Shown: positions 10,206-17,025 of the stretch, one piece after another | Layout: each line of letters begins with the position of its first letter | Position numbering within the stretch: the stretch's first letter is position 1 | NCBI RefSeq assembly: GCF_016592615.1 | Contig: NZ_AP013043.1 | Coordinates: 1,050,001 to 1,082,000, forward strand | Direction of reading: 5' to 3' | DNA: 32,000 bases | Source: Isorropodon fossajaponicum endosymbiont JTNG4 | Lineage (GTDB): Bacteria; Pseudomonadota; Gammaproteobacteria; PS1; Pseudothioglobaceae | Position numbers and translations under genes: made by a program | The notes under the pieces: model-generated | Database searches by the model: none | What the model saw: only the letters and a program-made list of their open reading frames with translations | Told to the model about the DNA's origin: nothing

Positions 10206-13200
10206 GCGCCAGACGCAGTAGACCTAAATCCTGCTGGCGCAATAAACGCTACCAGTGCGGTAACTGTTAACAAAGCAAATATAGCAGCTGGTGTAGCTTT
10301 TGATGCAGATATTGCGACACCTAGTGCAGGAGATATAGCAAAAATTACAGTGACACTTGGCAATATTCAAACTGGTGATAATTTATTACTAGATGCAGAT
10401 CGAGCGCTTAGTAGTAGTTTTAATGAAACTACCAGTGTAACACTTGGCATAGCTAACGTTAATTACACTTATGCTTCTAATGTGTTAACCGTTACTAAAC
10501 ATGGTGGTGGTAGCTTTAGTGCTGCTGAAGTGGAAAGTATTGTTGAAGCTATCAAGTTGAAAAACACCAATTCTGCTCCGGGTGATGTTGATCGCACAGC
10601 AGCCTTTGCTTATGTTGATGCTGCAGGAAATACGGGAACCTCTGCAGTTGCAACCATGACTGTCGTTGCAACTGCACCGACTATAACCTCTGTTACCGAT
10701 AATCATTCAGTTATTAATATTTCAGGTATTGATGCCGAAGTAAATGGTGTTTATACACTCGTTGCAGACCCTTCTAGTTTGACATTATCTGCAGATTTTA
10801 ATCCTACTGCAGGCAATGGTGTAATAGACTCTAATAAACCTGTTTATTCATACCTTAATAGTGCTACAGGTGAAACTTGGTACCTTTGGGCTAGAGAAGA
10901 TAGTGGTTATCATATTAGTAGACTGGATAGCACTACGAAGTGGTTCTGGGAAAGTGCTAGTCCGGCAAACTTTGAAACCGATCCAACTGCAGTAGCCAGC
11001 TGGATGCAAGTTTCTGGAAATGCTGGAGCGTTTACTTCAGAACCAACTCTTGTAACAACGGCTAGTTTGGAGGATTCTGCAAGTTCTGGAACAGTAATAT
11101 ACACCGTGACTTTCAGTCACGGTGTAGTCTCTAGTTTTACCTCAAATGATGTCGTTTTAGTAGATGCCTCAGGAGGAGAGGTAATAGACACCGCAAACTG
11201 GACCATAAGCGCCCCTACGGAAGTCTCAGGGAGCTTAGGTAAAAGCTGGACTGTTTCAGTCACCCCACCTTCTGGCATTAATGCAATAGATGTTACCGCA
11301 GTTCGCTTACAACTAAATGCAGGCGCAGTTGAAGATGCCAATGGCAATCTTTTGGCTGCACAATTCACTCAGACCCCTAGTTCGCAAAGCTTTGACACCC
11401 AGCCACCTTCTGTACCAACCCTTACCCTAAATACAGACACAGGTACAAGTGCTGCTGATGGCATTACTAATAATGGGATGATAGATGTTACTGATCTTGC
11501 TATAGATTTAGCTTCATGGCAATACAGTGTTAATGGTGGTGTGAGTTGGACGACCGTTTCAGACAGTGCTGTAACTAGCTTCACTTTAGAGCCTGGTACT
11601 TATGGTGCTAATCTCATTCGAGTCAGACAAACAGACAATGCAGGACAAACCAGCAACATTACTAAATACATTACTGATATTACAGTTGATACTATCATTG
11701 ACACACCAACCCTTTCTCCTGCGGACGGTGGTGCAATGTCTAATGCAGATAACTTTGTTTTAACCTTTGCAGAAAGTATGACAGCTGTTACAGGTAAGAA
11801 TATTGTAATCAAAAGATTTAGTGATGACTTTATTGTAGAAACCATTGCAGCAGATAATGGCACACAAGTCAGTATTAATGCTACAGGTGTGGTAATGATT
11901 GACCCAACAGATATTAACTTAATAGCAAGGACAAGCTACTATATTGAAGTAGAGGTAGGTGCTTTTAAAGACACTGTAGGGAATGAATCAGCTGCCATTA
12001 CCGGTAATACTGCTTGGAACATCACTGTGAATGAGATGAATGCTACCATTGCAGTTGCTACAGACAACAAGGTTAACGCGATAGAAAATGCCACTGACAT
12101 TACCATTGCAGTAACCATTGGTAGTACACCTGCTATCTTAGGAGATTTATCAGTAGGTGACTTTAGTGTAACAGTGACTAAGGTTTCTGATAGTAGCAAT
12201 GTCGCATTTACAAGTGCTATTTACAATAATGGCATATGGACAGCCATCATCACTGGTGGTGGACTCACCAATGGGGACAGTTACACCATACAAGCCAACG
12301 TCACAGGTAGTGTAGGTAGTGCAGATACACTCACAACATCAAGCACACAAACAGTCACAGTTAACACTGACGCACCAACGCTGACTTTAGCTGATAATAA
12401 CGCCATCGTTGGTAGTGACAATGTGGTTAACATTGTTGAGTCTGCCAGTGGCTTTAGTATCACAGGTGCTTCTACAGGCTTAGCCATAGGCAGTGAAGTG
12501 AGTGTTGTGTTTAACGCCATCGCTTACACAACAATAGTAACAGATGCTAGCGGCAATTGGAATGTTAGCATTCCTTCAACAGACACAAGCGTGCTAATTG
12601 AAGGCACAATTTATGCAGTCACTGTTGATGCTAGTGATGACCATGGCAACCCTGCCACGCCGCAACTATCACAAGATATTACTGTGGATAAGAGCGCACC
12701 TGTTAGCACTGTGGTGATTGATGAAGTCATCACTGATTTACCAACCATTACAGGGCAAACCTCAGCCAATATCTCAGTTGAGATTAAACTAGATACAGAC
12801 AATGACAGTAGCTATGATGATGCAACTTATACGGTTACTAGTGATGCCAGTGGTAACTGGACACTAGACTTAAACAGTACTACCTCACTGACCTCAGGTA
12901 GTGCACCTACCTTTGCAAGTATTGATACACAGTTAGGTGTTCAAGTCAACATCACCGATGCTGCAGGCAACATGACAAGCAGAACAGAAACAGCAACCAA
13001 GCAAGACTCTTCTTACTCTATCTCTGACTCAAGAGTGATTGAAGGCACTTTAGGAACAAAGACCATGGCCTTTATGGTGACTAGAGGGGGGGATTTGTCT
13101 GATGTTGGTACGGTTGATTATGCGGTGGATACGACATTAAGTTTGGCTAAGTCAGGAGGTACTGCCGATGGTATTGATGATGACTATAGTGGTAGTACAA

Positions 13201-14900
13201 GTGGCACTGCCACCTTTGCAGCAGGCGAAAGCTTTAAAGAGATTACCTTTACAGTGAATGGTGATTACTATAAAGAAGTGAATCAGAACATTATTGTTGA
13301 TCTAACCAATCCAACAGAGGGTGCAATCTCTAAGGCAACGGGTATTGGTGAGATTAGTGAGGTGGATGTCTCCGTCATGAGTGGTGCTTTTAGTTTAAAA
13401 GATATAAATGCAGACCTGGTAAGCAACGCAATTAGAGTCAGGCGTTCAAGTGATGATGCTGAGTTAGATATTGGCTTTGACAAGTATGGTAATCTGGATA
13501 CACAAGTGCTACTAGATTTTGTTGGCACAGGCATAGGTGATACGGGTTATGTGACGACTTGGTATGATCAGTCGGCTAGAGGGGAAAGCCTAACGCAAAC
13601 TATCAATGGCAAACAGGGTGTGATTGTTAATAATGGACAACTCGTCACCACATCAGATGGGTTGACAACGATTAGTTTTAACCAAGGGTTGAATGGGAAT
13701 GATGATACTATGTCTATGACAGGTACCGGTGGTACAGCTACTAATTTAGAAATCTATGTAACCTATCAATATCAATCTGCTGCACAAGGAGTATTATTTT
13801 CCCTTGGCTCTGATGGAGGTAATAATCGTATCGGAGCCCACGCACCTTGGAGGGATAAAGAAACTTATTGGGATGTAGAAGATGGTGCAACCCATGTTAG
13901 ATTGAAAACTAAAAATGCACAAACAGCAAATCAAGTACAACAGCTAGTCTTTATAGCGAATTTTAATCATAGTGGTACTGGAACTACTGCTCAAAATAAA
14001 GTAGATGCTGAACAAGCCTTCTTTATTGATGGTGTGGTAAAAGGTGCAGGAACACTTGGCAGTACTGATACAGATGTGGGTTCTACTTGGTATATTATGG
14101 CTACTACTGGTGGAAATAGTGGCTATCAAGCAGGGATGATGAGCGAGTTTTTAGTTTATACCGATAATTCCAATACAGTGATATCAGACCCAGGTGCATT
14201 TGTTGGTTCTGCTGTTAATAATACTTTCACCTACGCAGGTGAAGGCGGGCTAACAAGCGTTGATGGCAAGGGCGGTTATGACACAGTCTACTTATCAGGT
14301 ACTTCAACCAACTTAGATACAACAGTTGTGATACTTAAATCTATCGAACTCATCCATATGCAAAATGGTGAGACTAATATACTGACCATTAATGATGCTC
14401 AGTTAACGGCCAACAGCTTTATCCTAAGTGTGCTAATGGACACTGGTGATAGCATCATCTATGAAGGTGCCACCCTTGCCTACGATGCTAACGCTCAAGA
14501 ACTTATTGTCTTCGGAAGTACAGGCAATGATACTATTAACATGTCTTCATTCAATGAAACTGTTTATGGCAGAGGCGGCAACGACACCTTTGTCTATAAA
14601 TCCTGGAGTGATGCCGCAGCAAGTAGCAGTGCTGACACCATTGCTGACTTTATCATAGCTGCAGGTACCAACAAAGACATTCTTGATTTGAAAGACTTAC
14701 TCAGCGGTTATAGTGCTGGCTCATTTACTGATTTTATAGAACTCAATGAGGTTGGTGGCAACACAGTTACTAGTGTAGATGCTAACGGCGCTATAGATAA
14801 CTCAGGGGTATTTACAGCAGACCTGAGCATTACCTTAACAGGCGTAACTGGGGCCAATCTAGCAACTATGATTAGTGATGGTAACTTGGTGCTTGAGTAA
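8340..14900 (+). CDS. Giant T1SS repeat adhesin, C-terminal 2186-aa portion (continuation of 3979-8343 in another frame)
   Basis: It continues the same 125-aa repeat mid-unit (..TTVTGTPTYTIDVGG..). It then carries a Calx-beta-like module, a LamG/ConA-like module, GGxxD RTX-like nonapeptides (GKGGYDTVY, GRGGNDTFVY) and a C-terminal ADTIADF..GTNKDILDLKDLL motif typical of the VC_A0849-subclass type I secretion target domain. Confidence 0.85.
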   Translation: MRSTTVTGTPTYTIDVGGGSKTASYVSGSGTSSLKFSYTIATGDTDTAGGITSGTGALVLAGGTLKDGAGNAAALTTAVAASNTLAVDTVAPDAVDLNPAGAINATSAVTVNKANIAAGVAFDADIATPSAGDIAKITVTLGNIQTGDNLLLDADRALSSSFNETTSVTLGIANVNYTYASNVLTVTKHGGGSFSAAEVESIVEAIKLKNTNSAPGDVDRTAAFAYVDAAGNTGTSAVATMTVVATAPTVSSTTISATDSSNTAKTSTLVAGDKVVVTVAMSEATTVTGTPTYTIDVGGVSKTASYVSGSGTSSLKFSYTIATGDTDTAGGITSGTGALVLAGGTLKDGAGNAAALTTAVAASNTLAVDTTAPTVSSTTISATDSSNTAKTSTLVAGDKVVVTVAMSEATTVTGTPTYTIDVGGGVSKTASYVSGSGTSSLKFSYTIATGDTDTAGGITSGTGALVLAGGTLKDGAGNAAALTTAVAASNTLAVDTTAPTVSSTTISATDSSNTAKTSTLVAGDKVVVTVAMSEATTVTGTPTYTIDVGGVSKTASYVSGSGTSSLKFSYTIATGDTDTAGGITSGTGALVLAGGTLKDGAGNAAALTTAVAASNTLAVDTVAPDAVDLNPAGAINATSAVTVNKANIAAGVAFDADIATPSAGDIAKITVTLGNIQTGDNLLLDADRALSSSFNETTSVTLGIANVNYTYASNVLTVTKHGGGSFSAAEVESIVEAIKLKNTNSAPGDVDRTAAFAYVDAAGNTGTSAVATMTVVATAPTITSVTDNHSVINISGIDAEVNGVYTLVADPSSLTLSADFNPTAGNGVIDSNKPVYSYLNSATGETWYLWAREDSGYHISRLDSTTKWFWESASPANFETDPTAVASWMQVSGNAGAFTSEPTLVTTASLEDSASSGTVIYTVTFSHGVVSSFTSNDVVLVDASGGEVIDTANWTISAPTEVSGSLGKSWTVSVTPPSGINAIDVTAVRLQLNAGAVEDANGNLLAAQFTQTPSSQSFDTQPPSVPTLTLNTDTGTSAADGITNNGMIDVTDLAIDLASWQYSVNGGVSWTTVSDSAVTSFTLEPGTYGANLIRVRQTDNAGQTSNITKYITDITVDTIIDTPTLSPADGGAMSNADNFVLTFAESMTAVTGKNIVIKRFSDDFIVETIAADNGTQVSINATGVVMIDPTDINLIARTSYYIEVEVGAFKDTVGNESAAITGNTAWNITVNEMNATIAVATDNKVNAIENATDITIAVTIGSTPAILGDLSVGDFSVTVTKVSDSSNVAFTSAIYNNGIWTAIITGGGLTNGDSYTIQANVTGSVGSADTLTTSSTQTVTVNTDAPTLTLADNNAIVGSDNVVNIVESASGFSITGASTGLAIGSEVSVVFNAIAYTTIVTDASGNWNVSIPSTDTSVLIEGTIYAVTVDASDDHGNPATPQLSQDITVDKSAPVSTVVIDEVITDLPTITGQTSANISVEIKLDTDNDSSYDDATYTVTSDASGNWTLDLNSTTSLTSGSAPTFASIDTQLGVQVNITDAAGNMTSRTETATKQDSSYSISDSRVIEGTLGTKTMAFMVTRGGDLSDVGTVDYAVDTTLSLAKSGGTADGIDDDYSGSTSGTATFAAGESFKEITFTVNGDYYKEVNQNIIVDLTNPTEGAISKATGIGEISEVDVSVMSGAFSLKDINADLVSNAIRVRRSSDDAELDIGFDKYGNLDTQVLLDFVGTGIGDTGYVTTWYDQSARGESLTQTINGKQGVIVNNGQLVTTSDGLTTISFNQGLNGNDDTMSMTGTGGTATNLEIYVTYQYQSAAQGVLFSLGSDGGNNRIGAHAPWRDKETYWDVEDGATHVRLKTKNAQTANQVQQLVFIANFNHSGTGTTAQNKVDAEQAFFIDGVVKGAGTLGSTDTDVGSTWYIMATTGGNSGYQAGMMSEFLVYTDNSNTVISDPGAFVGSAVNNTFTYAGEGGLTSVDGKGGYDTVYLSGTSTNLDTTVVILKSIELIHMQNGETNILTINDAQLTANSFILSVLMDTGDSIIYEGATLAYDANAQELIVFGSTGNDTINMSSFNETVYGRGGNDTFVYKSWSDAAASSSADTIADFIIAAGTNKDILDLKDLLSGYSAGSFTDFIELNEVGGNTVTSVDANGAIDNSGVFTADLSITLTGVTGANLATMISDGNLVLE
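8610..9077 (+). repeat. 468-bp (156-aa) module, copy 1 of 2; part of a 1596-bp higher-order repeat
   Basis: APDAVDLNPAGAINATSAVTVNKANIAAGVAFDADIATPSAGDIAKITVTLGNIQTGDNLLLDADRALSS...TSAVATMTVVAT. The translation is identical at 10206-10673. Antisense shadow ORFs 8450-8767 and 10046-10363 have identical protein sequences at a 1596-bp offset. Confidence 0.95.
10206..10673 (+). repeat. 468-bp (156-aa) module, copy 2 of 2
   Basis: Same translated sequence as 8610-9077. Unique sequence resumes at 10674 (APTITSVTDNH...). Confidence 0.95.
11701..12030 (+). other. Big_5 (SbsA-type) bacterial Ig-like domain, copy 2 (within adhesin)
   Basis: VLTFAESMTAVTGKNIVIKR...VMIDPTDINLIARTSYYIEVEVGAFKDTVGNESAAITGNTAWNITV. 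Diverged paralogue of the 6798-7117 module. Confidence 0.55.
13010..13362 (+). other. Calx-beta-like domain (within adhesin)
   Basis: SYSISDSRVIEGTLGTKTMAFMVTRGGDLSDVGTVDYAV...DDDYSGSTSGTATFAAGESFKEITFTVNGDYYKEVNQNIIVDLTNPTEGAI. This is the typical Calx-beta pattern: (V/I)xEG..a.f.V.R.G....v.V.Y.t..gtA..g.DY....GtltF..Ge..k.i.v.i.dD...E..E.f.v.L. Confidence 0.6.
13389..14168 (+). other. Concanavalin-A-like / LamG-like (AbfB-catalytic-like) putative lectin module (within adhesin)
   Basis: Motif FSLKDIN...AIRVRRSSDDAELDIGFDKYGNLDTQVLLDFVG...GYVTTWYDQSARGESLTQ, followed by about 200 aa ending MSEFLVYTDN. It resembles the SLR..Y.G..vrVRRssD...DIGF...G.lD...l..F....v..WYDQSG.. signature seen in LamG/arabinofuranosidase-B-like beta-sandwich modules. 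Recognised from memory only. Confidence 0.4.
14568..14897 (+). other. Type I secretion C-terminal target domain (VC_A0849-like) with preceding RTX-like GGxxD motif
   Basis: GRGGNDTFVYKSWSDAAASSSADTIADFIIAAGTNKDILDLKDLLSGYS...DGNLVLE*. There is no N-terminal Sec signal, and the C-terminus is acidic and Gly/Asp-rich. Confidence 0.7.
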
Positions 14901-14912
14901 GGCTAGGCTAAA

Positions 14913-14946
14913 GTTAACTCACTCTGTTATTTAACAGATGAGTTAA
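14913..14946 (+). terminator. Weak hairpin downstream of the adhesin stop (possible terminator)
   Basis: TTAACTCA(C)TCTGTTA-tt-TAACAGATGAGTTAA forms a roughly 15-bp AT-rich stem with one bulge, 13 nt after the TAA. No T-tract follows. Confidence 0.3.
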
Positions 14947-15060
14947 AGCAAAGCACTTGCTGAACCAATAAACACAAACATCCATCACGGTAATAACTGA
15001 CCCTGTAAACCAGATTGTGTAAACCCTCATATTTTATAATCCCCGAAAAGGAGAAAAAAC

Positions 15061-15484
15061 ATGAGTAACACAATACCAAGAAACAAAAAAAAGCAACTTA
15101 ACAACACAGGCATCAACCAGAAAAAGCTCCGTGCTTTTGCTGATGAACTTGCCAAAGACATCCACACCCAAGATGATTTAGCAGATCTATCTGCTTCACT
15201 GGTTAAAATGACCATTGAAGCAGCATTAGGTGCTGAGATGGAACATCATCTTGGTTATCCAAAATATGGGCAAAATAGCAGCGAGCTTAATACAGACAGC
15301 AATGCTCGTAATGGCTATTACCCTAAAACCGTCAAAGGCAATCATGGTGAAGTTGAACTTGCTATCCCAAGAGACCGCAGAGGTAGCTTTGAACCTTTAA
15401 TTATTGAAAAAGGTCAAACGCCGATTGGGTGCTTTTGATAGTCAGATATTAAGCCTATATGCCAAAGGCATAGGTACCCGTGAT
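15061..15484 (+). pseudogene. IS256-family (Mutator-type) transposase, N-terminal fragment; frameshifted and truncated by IS3 copy B
   Basis: ..DLADLSASLVKMTIEAALGAEMEHHLGY....NGYYPKTVKGNHGEVELAIPRDRRGSFEPLIIEKGQT is the classic IS256-family N-terminal region. The frame breaks at a T4 run (15433-15436). The expected ..FDSQILSLYAKGIGTRD continues in the next frame and stops abruptly at the IS3 IRL (15485). About 140 of roughly 400 aa remain. Confidence 0.8.
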
Positions 15485-15549
15485 TGCAATAGTCTAATTT
15501 TATTGGACACAAAGATAGCCTTATAATACAAACCATAAGGAGGTCAGTA

Positions 15550-15901
15550 ATGACACAATATAAATCAAGAAAACAACGAGTGACTTTTACCGTTGAACAT
15601 TCTGTTCAATACCCCCTTGAGGGGGGAACACTAGATTATGCCAAACTCATGGTGCATGAGAATTACACCAATAAAAAAAATCATGATAATATCAGGAGCT
15701 TGCTCCTCAGCAGTTAGCAGATGGAGAAAACAATACCTAGCAGAGCTTGGTGGACAAACACCAGAGTCAGGCAAAGCGCTGACTTCTGAACAACAAACAA
15801 TACAACTGCTTGAGAAACAACTTTGGCGCGCACAAAGGGACAATGAAATCTTAAAAAAGGCAACAGCCTTGTTCGCTGTGGACAATCACCAAGTGATATG
15901 A
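15550..15901 (+). CDS. IS3-family transposase OrfA, frame broken at an A8 run (15673-15680)
   Basis: AAGGAGG SD plus ATG at 15550. The HTH/zipper part is in ORF 15638-15901. Same arrangement as copy A. Confidence 0.75.
15853..15859 (+). promoter_or_regulatory. Programmed -1 ribosomal frameshift heptamer A_AAA_AAG of the IS3 element
   Basis: In the orfA zero frame the codons are TTA AAA AAG, the correct X_XXY_YYZ phasing. The -1 frame is the orfB frame (15901 and 16027 share phase). The same site in copy A is at 3325-3331. Confidence 0.7.
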
Positions 15902-16026
15902 TTATCAAGATAAACAAGGCTTGCCAACAATACAATACTAAAGAATTATGAGCATTACTCAAACTTCCTCGCAGTAGTTATTACTATCAAGTCAAAGATA
16001 AGCGAGTAAACAACAACACCAACGCT

Positions 16027-16755
16027 ATGATTAAATTAATCAAACAAACTGCTATTGAAGTTGGATACACCTATGGCAAACGCAGAATGCGAGTAGTTTT
16101 GAATAACCAAGGTTATAACATTGGTATTTACCAAACTGCAACGCTAATGAAAAAAGCCAATGTAGTTGCCATACGCCCAAGAAAGCGTCATTATTACCCT
16201 AATACTAGATTGATGTTTAAAAAGGCAAAAAACCTATTAAATCGTGTGTTTGAGCAGCAATCAATTAATACGCATTGGGTTGGTGATATTACCTATATCA
16301 AAACCTATCAAGGTGGGAGTTATTTAGCCAGTGTGTTGGATTTAGGCTCAAGACAAGTTGTTGGTTGGGCATTGTCAAAACAGCCTAATGCTCAGTTGGC
16401 AAAGGATGCGCTTAGTAATGCTGTGTCTAGACACCAGCCCAATACAAATAAACACATGTTCCACTCTGATCAAGGGACTCAATACTCTTCTAAAGTTTTT
16501 ATTGATTATTGCAACAAGAACAACATTACTCAAAGCATGAGCAGGCGAGGTAATTGTTGGGATAATGCGGTCATGGAGCGTTTCTTTAGAAGTCTGAAGA
16601 CTGAGAGATTAAATTATCAAAGTTTTGCAAATCATAGTGAAGTCGTGCAAAATGTAGAGGGTTATATCTACTTGTATAATTACAAAAGGATTCATTCAGC
16701 GATTGGGTATTTAACACCTGCTCAAAAGATGGCTGAATTGAAAAAAGCGGCTTGA
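16027..16755 (+). CDS. IS3-family transposase OrfB (DDE integrase core), uninterrupted from ATG 16027
   Basis: 242 aa with WVGDITY / HSDQGTQY / DNAVMERFF. Upstream, the same frame reads ..KELxALLKLPRSSYYYQ (the typical OrfB N-terminal HTH) but contains a TGA at 15949-15951. A full OrfAB fusion is therefore blocked as the sequence stands. Confidence 0.85.
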   Translation: MIKLIKQTAIEVGYTYGKRRMRVVLNNQGYNIGIYQTATLMKKANVVAIRPRKRHYYPNTRLMFKKAKNLLNRVFEQQSINTHWVGDITYIKTYQGGSYLASVLDLGSRQVVGWALSKQPNAQLAKDALSNAVSRHQPNTNKHMFHSDQGTQYSSKVFIDYCNKNNITQSMSRRGNCWDNAVMERFFRSLKTERLNYQSFANHSEVVQNVEGYIYLYNYKRIHSAIGYLTPAQKMAELKKAA

Positions 16756-16805
16756 AATGTGTCCAAGTAGGTTAGAGCATTGCACACTCACAATAGGAGA
16801 AAAAT

Positions 16806-16946
16806 ATGAAAGTTGATAATAATATTAATCAATCGTTAAACCAAGTGCTTAAAGAATCTGACAGCATGATTAAACGTATTTTGTTTTTAGAAGGCTTGCC
16901 AAATTTACAAGATTTAGGCGGGCTCAACAATAGAAAACCCTGGTAA
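16806..16946 (+). pseudogene. bfr: Bacterioferritin remnant (internal deletion plus C-terminal truncation)
   Basis: The 46-aa [18 protein letters not shown]|[26 protein letters not shown].. was compared with E. coli Bfr as I recall it. It matches residues 1-15 (MKGDTKVINYLNKLL) and about 46-80 ([33 protein letters not shown]). About 30 residues between them and the whole C-terminal half are missing. Confidence 0.6.
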
Positions 16947-17025
16947 ACCGCCTGAAATATACACTTCAATGGTTACCAATGGCGCATCAAGCCCTGTTGA
17001 TGCACGGGTAAATAATTTGCTTAGT

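Larger units (their letters stand above)
15485..16791 (+). mobile_element. IS3-family insertion sequence, copy B (plus orientation)
   Basis: IRL 15485-15510 is TGCAATAGTCTAATTTTATTGGACAC. IRR 16759-16784 is GTGTCCAAGTAGGTTAGAGCATTGCA. The TG...CA termini, 1300-bp IR-to-IR length, orfA/orfB in the 0/-1 arrangement and the A_AAA_AAG site are all IS3-family hallmarks. Identity with copy A extends 7 bp beyond IRR (CACTCAC, to 16791). Confidence 0.9.

Noticed and set aside
7698-10363. Recurrent 74-aa and 105-aa minus-strand ORFs (7698-7922, 8073-8297, 8450-8767, 9293-9517, 9671-9895, 10046-10363)
   Set aside because: They are antisense shadow ORFs of the repeat units. They exist because the sense strand is stop-poor in reverse, and they recur only because the DNA repeat recurs. 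The same applies to other minus-strand ORFs inside 3979-14900.
7483-10673. Regular repeats that might be taken for a CRISPR array
   Set aside because: The period is 375 bp with no unique spacers. The repeats are in-frame coding units of the adhesin (125-aa Ig-like modules). No short palindromic repeats or cas genes are present.
14901-15060. tRNA or small RNA gene in the larger intergenic gaps (14901-15060, 16792-17025, 29569-29691)
   Set aside because: Reading by eye, I saw no cloverleaf-compatible acceptor/T-arm pairing or conserved GTTCRANYC box. A tRNAscan/Infernal run would be needed to exclude them formally.
3700-15484. Calling the IS-bracketed segment a functional composite transposon
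   Set aside because: There are no target-site duplications at the outer ends. Both transposase sets appear defective. The outer flanks are unrelated truncated genes. Only a composite-like or invertible arrangement can be claimed.
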